Assembly (NCBI GenBank): GCA_017634175.1
Contig: JAGBNY010000018.1
Location: 2,283 to 66,282, forward strand
Direction of reading: 5' to 3'
DNA length: 64,000 nucleotides
Source: Lachnospiraceae bacterium
GTDB lineage: Bacteria > Bacillota > Clostridia > Lachnospirales > Lachnospiraceae
Below are positions 8,141 through 17,174 of this stretch, piece by piece; position 1 is the first letter of the stretch, and the number at the start of each line of letters is the position of its first letter. Both the position numbers and the translations under genes were made by a program. The notes under the pieces are model-generated. The model had not been told where the DNA came from, did no database searches, and was given only the letters and a program-made list of their open reading frames with translations.

Positions 8141-9509
8141 TAAAATGGACATCAGATTTAGAAATGATATAAATCATAATTACATGATAATAAGGAAAGA
8201 GGAAGAAGCATCGGGCTTTCAAGAGAAGATGGTATTAAAGAATTCCATTCCGGGCCTGATGAGGGTCTCTCTGCAGAGCTTGAATGGAGAGTCATATTAT
8301 AGCTATGATGTCAAGGAGATGCAGCAGATAACAAAGTTTTTTGATGGTCGAGAGATAAAGGGGGCTGAACTAAAGAAAATTCTTTGCGCCTTATCTGACC
8401 TTTTGTCGGAACTGGATCGGTATCTCTTGAGCGGGAAAGACTTAATGATGAATCCTGAGTGCATACTATGGGACTCAACAGAGGGAACTCCGGTCTTTGC
8501 ATATTATCCAAACAATAAGGCTTTGGCGGAAGAATCTTTCATGAGCTTCGCAGAATTTTTGATAGATAAGGTGGATAAGAATGACCCTGAGGCGACTTCT
8601 CTTGCCTATGACTACTTTAATAGAATAGGGGACGGGGAATATTCCCCTAAAAAGGTCGTGGCAGTCATTTCTGAGACCGATTCCCAGCATAAAAAGGATC
8701 ATACTGGGAATCGGTCGGAAGATAAAAAAACTGATAACAAGATCGATAATCCCGATATTGATATATTGGAGAGAGACGCGGGCTTGGAGGATCTTGAGAG
8801 TGAAGACCTAACTAACGCGGACATCCCTTTGGACCCTGGCACCTCAAAAAAACTCATGGGTCTGCTTATGCTGTTGATGGTAATTTCGGGTCTGGCTCTT
8901 GGAGCCTTAATATGGAGAAAGGAACTCCTTAGTGCCCTTGGCATAGATATGGATTATTATCTTGGATTTTGTGTTGGATCCGCTGCAGTATTGATTAGCT
9001 CCTTGCTGGGGTTAGGAGCCTTGAAACTTGGACAGAGAAAGAAAGATTCTGAGGGGGCAACTGCTGATGATAGTGAGAGGGAAAAATGGGACTTAGAAGC
9101 CTTTAAATCGAAAGCGTTTACATCAGGGAATATAAGGAAATCTGAACCGCAGATTGATACATTTGAGAGAGATGCCCCTACAGAGGTACTGAATGAGTCA
9201 GGGGTGAGCATGATTAAACCTACGCTTTCCGGGGTTGCAGGAGGGGAAAATGCTGTACTAAAAATTGACCATACTCCTTACATGATTGGGAAAATGAGGG
9301 GGAAGGCAGACGGGATAATAATGGATAGCTGTGTCAGCAGAGTCCATGCCTGCATCAGACAGAATGCAGGCCGGTTTTTCATCTCAGATTTAAATTCTAC
9401 AAATGGGACTTACATAAACGAACGCAGGCTTGAAAGGAATGAGACTGCTGAAATCTGTGATGGGGACATTTTAAAATTCGCAGAGGTTGAAATGCGCTTT
9501 GCCATGTAA
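8133..9509 (+). CDS. DUF6382-type domain + 2 TM + FHA domain protein
   Basis: C-terminal FHA motifs IGK, VSRVHA, ISDLNSTNGTYIN, GDILKFA; two central TM helices; overlaps the last tadE. Confidence 0.8.
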   Translation: MDDKMDIRFRNDINHNYMIIRKEEEASGFQEKMVLKNSIPGLMRVSLQSLNGESYYSYDVKEMQQITKFFDGREIKGAELKKILCALSDLLSELDRYLLSGKDLMMNPECILWDSTEGTPVFAYYPNNKALAEESFMSFAEFLIDKVDKNDPEATSLAYDYFNRIGDGEYSPKKVVAVISETDSQHKKDHTGNRSEDKKTDNKIDNPDIDILERDAGLEDLESEDLTNADIPLDPGTSKKLMGLLMLLMVISGLALGALIWRKELLSALGIDMDYYLGFCVGSAAVLISSLLGLGALKLGQRKKDSEGATADDSEREKWDLEAFKSKAFTSGNIRKSEPQIDTFERDAPTEVLNESGVSMIKPTLSGVAGGENAVLKIDHTPYMIGKMRGKADGIIMDSCVSRVHACIRQNAGRFFISDLNSTNGTYINERRLERNETAEICDGDILKFAEVEMRFAM

Positions 9510-9520
9510 TGGAAGGCGCT

Positions 9521-10525
9521 TTAACCTTCTGCGCTAGAAAATACGAATAGCTTATCCAGCATCCTGAGCAATGCGAAATCGCCCTTTACCTTCATTGAGC
9601 CAGACATGAAGGCATGCTGGAAAGATGTAGCACCCTTAGTAATTTGGTCCATCACATCCTTGTCCAGTTTGCAGAGTACCATTTCACGTCCTCTATCGCT
9701 ATATTCCATTTTCAATTCGCCGCCTTTGATTTCTGTCATGAGGGGCTTGTTAAATTCTTTTATATCAAATTTATAAGAGGCATTGAAATCCTTTTGAGCA
9801 TGGAAGTTCTTATTGAGGACATCTATGAGCATGTCTTCCTCTGAGACACCATTATTTTGAAGCAGGGTCTTGAAATGGGAGGCAAGCTCTTTTATATCCT
9901 CTTTTTGGGTCTGGACATATATTTCGTCAGAGGCATACTTTGAGAGCTGCTCAGTCTCCTGCGGAGTCAAATCGATTTGTTTGGGGGCTGATACCATCTC
10001 AGTCACCGCACGGTTACTGGCAGGGAACATCACCGCCTTGCGGGAAATGCTTCTATACATATTCTCAGCAGTTTTCTCGATTTGGTCAGAGTAGGCCTTG
10101 TTTAATTCAAAGGAAACTGAGTCCTTAACATAGCCCGAAATGCCGTTGCAGGGTTTCCCGCCCAGCATATCCCAGGCGGCTTGGAGGCGCATGAGGCCTT
10201 CTCTTTCGCCATAAGTCGTAGACATCACAACCGGACACATATAGATTTCAGCTATCTTAGTTTTATTGCCATAGAACCAACAAGAATCCAAGAATTCGGA
10301 CATATAACCGCCGATTCCATACCATTCTACCGTTGAGGCAAGTACTACCCCGTCAGCATCGTTTAGGCTGCTCGGGAGGGAAGGTATATTTTTCTTTTCA
10401 TCATAGAGATTGAATCGTTCGATCTTAACATTTAATTCCTCAAGTACCTTTTGCATTTTGGAGAGTACATAGAGGGTAGGATCACCCATTATTCCGCGGC
10501 CGCCGTAATAAATATTTATTTTCAT
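9521..10525 (-). CDS. Flavodoxin-like (NAD(P)H-dependent FMN reductase) domain fused to an SCP2 lipid-binding domain
   Basis: N-terminal MKINIYYGG...ADGVVLASTVEWYGIGG; C-terminal SCP2 signature FQHAFMSGSMKVKGDFALL. Confidence 0.75.
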   Translation of the reverse strand: MKINIYYGGRGIMGDPTLYVLSKMQKVLEELNVKIERFNLYDEKKNIPSLPSSLNDADGVVLASTVEWYGIGGYMSEFLDSCWFYGNKTKIAEIYMCPVVMSTTYGEREGLMRLQAAWDMLGGKPCNGISGYVKDSVSFELNKAYSDQIEKTAENMYRSISRKAVMFPASNRAVTEMVSAPKQIDLTPQETEQLSKYASDEIYVQTQKEDIKELASHFKTLLQNNGVSEEDMLIDVLNKNFHAQKDFNASYKFDIKEFNKPLMTEIKGGELKMEYSDRGREMVLCKLDKDVMDQITKGATSFQHAFMSGSMKVKGDFALLRMLDKLFVFSSAEG

Positions 10526-11610
10526 TTGCGTAAATTACCTCTTGATAAGGGTTGGTAAGCTATGAGTCCGAATATTATACCTGTAATCAGACCTCCGATG
10601 TGGGCAGCGTTATCTATGCCGGTGCCAGTGAAGCCTGCAAAGAGGCTGTAGCCTATTAAGAGCGCGGCCTTATAGGTCGTAAGTTCCTTGAATTTGCCAT
10701 GATTCTTTATGACAATCATGAACATGGCTCCGATTATGCCGAATATTGCGCCGCTGGCTCCAGCGCTTGCGGCATAGCTATGGGTTAGGTTCGAGATAAA
10801 AAGGGACAGTATCCCTCCTCCAATTCCACTGAAAAGGTAGACGGATAGCAGCCCTGTTTTGCCCAAAGCCGTTTCGACCCTTTCCCCGAATATGTAGAGG
10901 GATAGCATGTTGGCACCTAGATGCTCTATGCCGAAGTGAAGGAATATACTGCTTAGGAATCTCCAATACTGTCCATCTTTAAGGATATATTCAGGATATA
11001 GGGCACCATGAGAGAGCATGAATCCTACATCCTCAGTAGAGCCAATCAAGGAAAGTCCGATGAATATGGCTATATTAATGAGACAGAGGAAAACTGTCAT
11101 CGGTGCCTTGCTTTTCCAGGTCAGTTCTGAAAGGTATTGACCTACTGTCCTGTCTTTGAATCCGGAAGACTCGTTCTCGCTTTCTATTTTTCTTAAAAGA
11201 GTATCTTCAAGACCCTCTTTTAATGAGTAGAAGTCAGGAGAAGAGTTCTCATAAAGGATGAGCCGAAGACTATCGTCAATTAACCATAGGTTGCAGCCGG
11301 CTGAAGCAAGAGCTCGTCCATTCTCGGGGCTGGATGAGATTAGGATAAGGAGAAAATCAACTGCAGAATAACCTTTGGAAGCAAATGCTTCTTTTACCTG
11401 GTCTTTAATCCGATCAAAATCCTGCGGCATAAGTACCATCATACGCCCATCAACTGTGACGATACAGGACACTTTGGAAGTTGCGCTAAGACTATTCTGT
11501 GAGGATTCATTAGAATCGATTATCCTGTAAAAAATCTCTATATTATTAATTTGCTGCGCTAGTGCACGATAATTGGAACGCGCAAGAAATTCTTCGATTA
11601 ATTTAAGCAT
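10522..11610 (-). CDS. Rhomboid intramembrane serine protease (GluP-like, with N-terminal soluble domain)
   Basis: QYWRFLSSIFLH, HLGANM, GASGAIFG, AHIGGL. Confidence 0.92.
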   Translation of the reverse strand: MLKLIEEFLARSNYRALAQQINNIEIFYRIIDSNESSQNSLSATSKVSCIVTVDGRMMVLMPQDFDRIKDQVKEAFASKGYSAVDFLLILISSSPENGRALASAGCNLWLIDDSLRLILYENSSPDFYSLKEGLEDTLLRKIESENESSGFKDRTVGQYLSELTWKSKAPMTVFLCLINIAIFIGLSLIGSTEDVGFMLSHGALYPEYILKDGQYWRFLSSIFLHFGIEHLGANMLSLYIFGERVETALGKTGLLSVYLFSGIGGGILSLFISNLTHSYAASAGASGAIFGIIGAMFMIVIKNHGKFKELTTYKAALLIGYSLFAGFTGTGIDNAAHIGGLITGIIFGLIAYQPLSRGNLRK

Positions 11611-11654
11611 TTCTTTATCTTACTATATGAAAGACAGGTATTGCAACCACAAGA

Positions 11655-11684
11655 TTGACACAGCTTAGGTGGAAGTAGTATAAT
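11655..11684 (+). promoter_or_regulatory. Sigma-A promoter for the TPP riboswitch and thiT
   Basis: TTGACA (11655-60), 18 nt spacer, TATAAT (11679-84). Confidence 0.85.
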
Positions 11685-11698
11685 GCACCAAAATATAA

Positions 11699-11786
11699 AT
11701 GCTAGGGGCGCTTTTCGCTGAGAGGTGCGTGACATTTCGCATAACCCTCATTACTTGAACCGGGTAATACCGGCGTAAGGAAGCAT
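11699..11786 (+). ncRNA. TPP (THI-box) riboswitch
   Basis: GGGG..GCTGAGA..ACCC..CTTGAACCGGGTAATACCGGCGTAAGGAAGC; directly upstream of a thiamine ECF S-component. Confidence 0.92.
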
Positions 11787-11866
11787 GAAAATCATCAAGA
11801 GAGTGATGGGGCTTTTTTCTCATGGGCTGTGAAATGCTTCCTGGCGGGTTTTTAGGAGGTACTTTT

Positions 11867-12532
11867 ATGTCACTATTTGCTGTACTTAAAGAAGATGGGA
11901 GCTACGCTATCACTCAATTTGGTTTTGCCAGTCTGGTGATTTTGATAATCTTGCTGCTGATTGGCGCATGTTTCTTATCGAAATCTGAGAAAAATGTGAA
12001 ACTTGGGATTAGGAAAATAGCATTTTCTGCAGTTGCCATCGCGCTGGCCTTGGTTACGTCCATGATCAAGATTTTCCATCTGCCTTTTGGAGGGAGTATC
12101 ACTCTTTTTTCCATGCTGTTCATTTGCTTGATTGGATACTGGTATGGACTCAGGAGCGGTCTTATGGCGGCGGTTGCCTATGGATTGCTGCAGATGTTGA
12201 TTGATCCTTATTTTATGACAGTTCCGCAAATTTTAACTGATTATGTCTTGGCTTTTGGGGCACTCGGAATTTCCGGCCTCTTTTCGGATAAACCGAATGG
12301 GCTTACTAAGGGATATATCCTGGGAGTCACAGGGAGATTTTTGTTCAGTTGTCTTTCGGGTTATATTTTCTTTGGAGAATATGCCCCGGAGGGAGTATCT
12401 CCGCTATTTTATACAATAGCTTATAATGGCAGCTATATATTTACAGAGGCGGCATTGACATTGGTGCTCATTAATCTTCCATCGGTAAAAAATGCGTTTT
12501 CTACAGTAAAGCGTATTGCGTTGCAGTATTAG
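11867..12532 (+). CDS. thiT: ECF thiamine transporter S component ThiT
   Basis: LPFGGSIT, QILTDYVLAF, GRF..SGYIFFGEYAPEG, YNGSY; SD AGGAGGT before ATG 11867; TPP riboswitch upstream. Confidence 0.9.
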   Translation: MSLFAVLKEDGSYAITQFGFASLVILIILLLIGACFLSKSEKNVKLGIRKIAFSAVAIALALVTSMIKIFHLPFGGSITLFSMLFICLIGYWYGLRSGLMAAVAYGLLQMLIDPYFMTVPQILTDYVLAFGALGISGLFSDKPNGLTKGYILGVTGRFLFSCLSGYIFFGEYAPEGVSPLFYTIAYNGSYIFTEAALTLVLINLPSVKNAFSTVKRIALQY

Positions 12533-12571
12533 GAGTTTTTAAGACGGTACATTGCGAAGGAGGTTTATTTT

Positions 12572-13129
12572 ATGGTTTCTGCTGGTGATTTCAGAAACGG
12601 TCTTACTGTCGAGATAGATGGGACAGTATATCAAATTATCGAGTTTCAGCATGTTAAGCCCGGGAAGGGCGCGGCTTTTGTCCGTACAAAACTGAAGGAT
12701 GTGATTAATTCGGGGGTTGTAGAAAGGTCTTTCAGACCAACTGAGAAATTCCCTACTGCGCATATTGAGAGAAAGGATATGCAATATCTTTATAGCGATG
12801 GGGATCTCTACAACTTCATGGATCCTGATTCTTACGAGCAGATCGCCATCAATAAGGATGTGGTTGGGGATGCGATGAAATTCGTGAAGGAGAATGATTC
12901 CTGCAAGATTAATTCGTATAATGGGTCTGTCTTTGCGGTCGAGCCTCCTCTTTTCGTGGAGCTTGAGGTGACTGAAACAGAACCCGGATTCAAGGGAGAT
13001 ACAGCGACTGGAGCCTCTAAGCCTGCTACTGTTGAGACAGGAGCCAGTGTAGCTGTTCCTCTTTTCGTTAATATAGGAGACAAGATTAAAATAGATACCA
13101 GAAGCGGCGAGTACCTTTCAAGGGTCTAA
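12572..13129 (+). CDS. efp: Elongation factor P
   Basis: [39 protein letters not shown]. Confidence 0.98.
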   Translation: MVSAGDFRNGLTVEIDGTVYQIIEFQHVKPGKGAAFVRTKLKDVINSGVVERSFRPTEKFPTAHIERKDMQYLYSDGDLYNFMDPDSYEQIAINKDVVGDAMKFVKENDSCKINSYNGSVFAVEPPLFVELEVTETEPGFKGDTATGASKPATVETGASVAVPLFVNIGDKIKIDTRSGEYLSRV

Positions 13130-13227
13130 GACCGCTTGATGAAATTTCTTTTTGGCGGAAGGTTGATCTGGGATCAATAGCCGACCGGCATAAGTAGGAA
13201 ATATTTTTTTGCATTATCTATCGGTTT

Positions 13228-13310
13228 GCGGCGTAGAGGATATGGTAGCTTTCCATGGCTTTGCGTCGCTGCCGTTCTTATATTTCATTTTCTTTTATTT
13301 CTTTTTTCTT
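13228..13310 (+). terminator. Possible terminator-like hairpin with a pyrimidine-rich tail after efp
   Basis: gcggcgtagag...ctttgcgtcgc pairs (several G-U) and is followed by a long T-rich tract. Confidence 0.4.
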
Positions 13311-13407
13311 TCGGCAAATCTGCCGGTATTTCATTTAGTTTTAGAGACCGTTCAATTGGTTTATATTTTATTCCCGGCGATTCCGGGAGAGAGGAGATTT
13401 TTAAATA

Positions 13408-14313
13408 ATGGTTAAGTTTGAGGAATTCAGGAGAGACATTGTTGGACTTTTAAGGGAACTTTGCGGACCAGAAGTGTCAATTGAAGAAGTTACTGCACTT
13501 AAAAATAATTCTGTCCGATTATACGGGGTTTCAATTAAGGGAATGAATACAAATGTTGCGCCTACCGTCTATCTGGAGTCCTATTATGAGCAATACTACA
13601 AGGGAAAACTTAAGATTTCGCAGGTGGTAGATAACATTATCTCGGTTTATCGAAAAAGCCGTATGAAGGGTTTTGCTCAGCTTGGATTTTTTAAGGATAA
13701 GGAGAGGATAAAAAATAAAATATTCTTTAAGCTTGTGAATTTTGAAAAGAATAAAGAGCTTTTGAGCGAGGTTCCATTCAGGCATTATCTGGATCTAGCT
13801 TTGATATATTGTGTTGCGGTTGACAATGATGGGCTTCATGGCACCGTAACAATCCATAATTCTCATTTAGAGGCTTGGGGACTGGATGAGGAGGAACTGT
13901 ACTTAGAAGCCTTGAAAAATACTCCAGAAAATTATAAGCCTGCCTTGAATAGCTTGAAGTCCGTTGTTGGAGCGGTTTTCGGCTTGGAGGGAGCAGAGTC
14001 AGGAGAAGCTCTCAGGGATGACTTTGAGTCCTTGTACGTGGCAAGCAACGAAACATCGTGCAATGGGGCGGCTGTGATACTTTATCCGGGCTTTCTCAAG
14101 GTTATATCCGAAACGGTCGGCAGTGATCTTTACCTATTGCCCTCTTCCATCCATGAATTCATCCTGGTGCCGGCTTGCAGCAATGTGAGCCCTGATGACC
14201 TGTCAGACATGGTTAAGAACGTAAACTTTACGGTAGTGAGCCCCGAAGAAATATTGTCAGATTCTGTTTATTTCTATAATCGCAGCACGGACAAAGTCTC
14301 GATTTGCGCATAA
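13408..14313 (+). CDS. DUF5688 family protein
   Basis: KNNSVRLYGV, APTVYLE, KLVNFEKNKELL, NGAAVILY, YLLPSSIHEFIL, EEILSDSVYFY. Confidence 0.8.
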   Translation: MVKFEEFRRDIVGLLRELCGPEVSIEEVTALKNNSVRLYGVSIKGMNTNVAPTVYLESYYEQYYKGKLKISQVVDNIISVYRKSRMKGFAQLGFFKDKERIKNKIFFKLVNFEKNKELLSEVPFRHYLDLALIYCVAVDNDGLHGTVTIHNSHLEAWGLDEEELYLEALKNTPENYKPALNSLKSVVGAVFGLEGAESGEALRDDFESLYVASNETSCNGAAVILYPGFLKVISETVGSDLYLLPSSIHEFILVPACSNVSPDDLSDMVKNVNFTVVSPEEILSDSVYFYNRSTDKVSICA

Positions 14314-14354
14314 ATGAAGGACTATAGGGGCAATGCAAAATAACAGACGTTTCC

Positions 14355-14383
14355 TTGACAAAAACTGATTATGCAAATATGAT
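14355..14383 (+). promoter_or_regulatory. Sigma-A promoter of valS
   Basis: TTGACA, 17 nt spacer, TATGAT. Confidence 0.75.
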
Positions 14384-14449
14384 ATTGAGTCAATACGCAT
14401 ATTTTGGAGTCTTAGACTGTCGAAATATGTATTTTGAAAGGATATTGTG

Positions 14450-17110
14450 ATGAAAGAGCCGCTCGCTAAAGCCTACGATCCCCATGGAATGGAGGACCGG
14501 ATATATGATAAATGGCTGAAAAACAAGTATTTTCATGCTGAAGTCAGGAAAGACAAGAAGCCTTTTTCCATAGTCATGCCTCCTCCAAATATTACAGGTA
14601 AGCTCCATATGGGTCATGCCTTGGACAATACCATGCAGGACATCCTGATCAGGTTCAAAAGGATGCAGGGATACGAGGCTCTCTGGCAGCCAGGCACTGA
14701 CCATGCCTCCATATCTACGGAGGTCAAGATAATTGAGAAATTGAAGGAAGAGGGCACGAGCAAGGAAGAGCTTGGAAGAGAGGGGTTCTTGCGCCGCGCC
14801 TGGGCGTGGAAAGACGAATACGGCGGAATCATTGAGTCGCAGCTTAAGAAGCTAGGTATATCCTGCGATTGGGACAGGAAACGCTTCACTATGGACGAGG
14901 GCTTAAGTGATGCCGTAAACGAGGTATTTATACGCCTGTACGAGAAGGGCTGGATATACAAGGGCGCCAAGATGGTCAATTGGTGCCCTGTGTGCCAGAC
15001 CACTATTTCTGATGCTGAAGTGGAGCACGAGACGCAAAACTCTCATCTTTGGCATATTAAATATCCTGTGATTGGGACGGATCGATTCCTTGAATTCGCA
15101 ACCACAAGGCCAGAGACCATGCTTGGAGATACTGCAGTAGCTGTGAATCCCGAGGATGACAGATATAAAGATCTGGTTGGGAAAAGCTGCATGCTGCCCT
15201 TCATGAATAGAGAGATACCCATCATCGCTGATGAGTACGTTGATATGGAATTTGGGACGGGGGTGGTGAAGATAACCCCATCGCATGATCCAAATGATTT
15301 CGAGGTCGGTAAAAGGCACAACTTAGAATTCATTAATATAATGAATGACGATGCCACTATAAATGAGAATGGCGGACGTTTTGCGGGACTTACACGCATG
15401 GAGGCCAGGAAACGCATAGTGGATGAGCTTAGGGAGATGGGTCTTCTGGTTAAAATAGAGGACTATTCTCATGAAGTTGGTATTCATGACAGATGCCATA
15501 CTACTGTCGAACCCTTGGTTAAGCAGCAATGGTTTGTCAAGATGGAGGACTTGATAAAGCCTGCCGTTTCGGGAGTAAAGAATAAGGATATCAAGCTGAT
15601 CCCGCCCAGGATGGAAAAGCTGTACTTCAACTGGACTGATCATATCAGGGATTGGTGCATTTCAAGGCAGCTTTGGTGGGGGCATAGGATTCCTGCCTAC
15701 TACTGCGATGCTTGCGGTGAGATAGCGGTGGGGAAGGAAAAGCCCGATAAATGTCCCAAATGCGGTGCTGAAAAATTCACTCAGGATCCCGATGTACTGG
15801 ACACGTGGTTTTCTTCTGCGCTTTGGCCTTTTTCTACTCTTGGGTGGCCAAAGAGGACACCAGAACTGGAGTATTTTTATCCTACGAGCGTACTGGTGAC
15901 AGGCTACGATATCATTTTTTTCTGGGTCATCAGGATGGCCTTCTCTGGATATGAACATATGGGAGAGAGGCCTTTTGATGCAGTACTTTTCCATGGTCTC
16001 ATAAGGGATGAAAAGAACCGTAAAATGTCTAAGTCCCTTGGGAATGGTATAGACCCATTGGATATAATCGACAAATATGGAGCGGATGCCCTGCGCTTCA
16101 TGCTTGTGACTGGAAATTCTCCTGGAAACGACATGCGTTTCCTCTATGACAGGGTAGAGGCAGCCAGGAATTTTGCGAATAAGGTATGGAACGCCTCCAG
16201 ATTCATCATGATGAATCTGGACGGTCATTCTATAACAAAACCTGAAGCGGCAGACCTAGAAGATACGGATAAATGGATTTTGAATAAGCTTTTCTTGGCG
16301 GAAAAGGAGATTACCGAGAACCTTGAAAAGTATGAGTTAGGAGTAGCGTCTCAGAAAATATATGATTTTGTGTGGGACTCATTCTGCGACTGGTATATAG
16401 AAATGGTGAAGCCCAGGCTATATCAATCGGGGGATGAAAATTCTCAAAGTGCCGCACTTTGGACTTTAAAAACTGTATTATTGGATTCATTGAAGCTTTT
16501 GCATCCCTATATGCCTTTCGTTACAGAGGAAATTTATTGTAATTTAAGGCAGGAGCTTGCGGATGAATCTCTTCCGGAATCGATAATGATATCATCCTGG
16601 CCGATACCGACTGATCAATGGGTCTTTGAAAAGGAAGTGTTCATGGTAGAAGCCATGAAGAATGCGGTCAGGTCTATCCGCAATATGAGGAACGAGATGA
16701 ATGTGGCTGCTTCAAAAAGGATAGATGTCACCGTAGTATCGGAAAATCCTAGTGTGAGGGAGGCGTTCGAAAAGGAGAGCATGATATTCGCCTCGCTTAT
16801 TAGCGGGGATAAGATTGAGATAGCTTCTGACAAGACCGGAATCTCGGACGGGGCTGTCTCCTGCGTGACTCAGGATGCAACGATTTTTGTGCCCCTTAAT
16901 GAGTTAGTCGATTTGAGTGAAGAAAAGAAGAGGCTTGAAAAGGAGAAGGCTCGCCTGGAGAAAGAACTCGCCAGGTCGCATGGAATGTTGTCCAATGAAA
17001 AGTTTTTATCGAAAGCGCCTGCCTCGAAGATTCAAGAAGAAAAGGACAAGCTGGCTTCCTATGAAAAAATGATGGCTGAGGTTGAGGAACGCATAAGAAG
17101 CTGTAAATAA
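14450..17110 (+). CDS. valS: Valine--tRNA ligase
   Basis: PPPNITGKLHMGHA (HIGH), DWCISRQLWWGH, KMSKS, C-terminal coiled coil. Confidence 0.98.
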   Translation: MKEPLAKAYDPHGMEDRIYDKWLKNKYFHAEVRKDKKPFSIVMPPPNITGKLHMGHALDNTMQDILIRFKRMQGYEALWQPGTDHASISTEVKIIEKLKEEGTSKEELGREGFLRRAWAWKDEYGGIIESQLKKLGISCDWDRKRFTMDEGLSDAVNEVFIRLYEKGWIYKGAKMVNWCPVCQTTISDAEVEHETQNSHLWHIKYPVIGTDRFLEFATTRPETMLGDTAVAVNPEDDRYKDLVGKSCMLPFMNREIPIIADEYVDMEFGTGVVKITPSHDPNDFEVGKRHNLEFINIMNDDATINENGGRFAGLTRMEARKRIVDELREMGLLVKIEDYSHEVGIHDRCHTTVEPLVKQQWFVKMEDLIKPAVSGVKNKDIKLIPPRMEKLYFNWTDHIRDWCISRQLWWGHRIPAYYCDACGEIAVGKEKPDKCPKCGAEKFTQDPDVLDTWFSSALWPFSTLGWPKRTPELEYFYPTSVLVTGYDIIFFWVIRMAFSGYEHMGERPFDAVLFHGLIRDEKNRKMSKSLGNGIDPLDIIDKYGADALRFMLVTGNSPGNDMRFLYDRVEAARNFANKVWNASRFIMMNLDGHSITKPEAADLEDTDKWILNKLFLAEKEITENLEKYELGVASQKIYDFVWDSFCDWYIEMVKPRLYQSGDENSQSAALWTLKTVLLDSLKLLHPYMPFVTEEIYCNLRQELADESLPESIMISSWPIPTDQWVFEKEVFMVEAMKNAVRSIRNMRNEMNVAASKRIDVTVVSENPSVREAFEKESMIFASLISGDKIEIASDKTGISDGAVSCVTQDATIFVPLNELVDLSEEKKRLEKEKARLEKELARSHGMLSNEKFLSKAPASKIQEEKDKLASYEKMMAEVEERIRSCK

Positions 17111-17174
17111 ATGCCGTTTCTGTATGTGAAGCTTTTTTGACATCAAAGATTTTCTCGTTTGAAAGGATTATGAA

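Noticed and set aside
13209-13415. Short + strand ORFs between efp and DUF5688
   Set aside because: Weak starts, no SD, and the Phe-rich translation simply reflects a T-rich tract after a hairpin.
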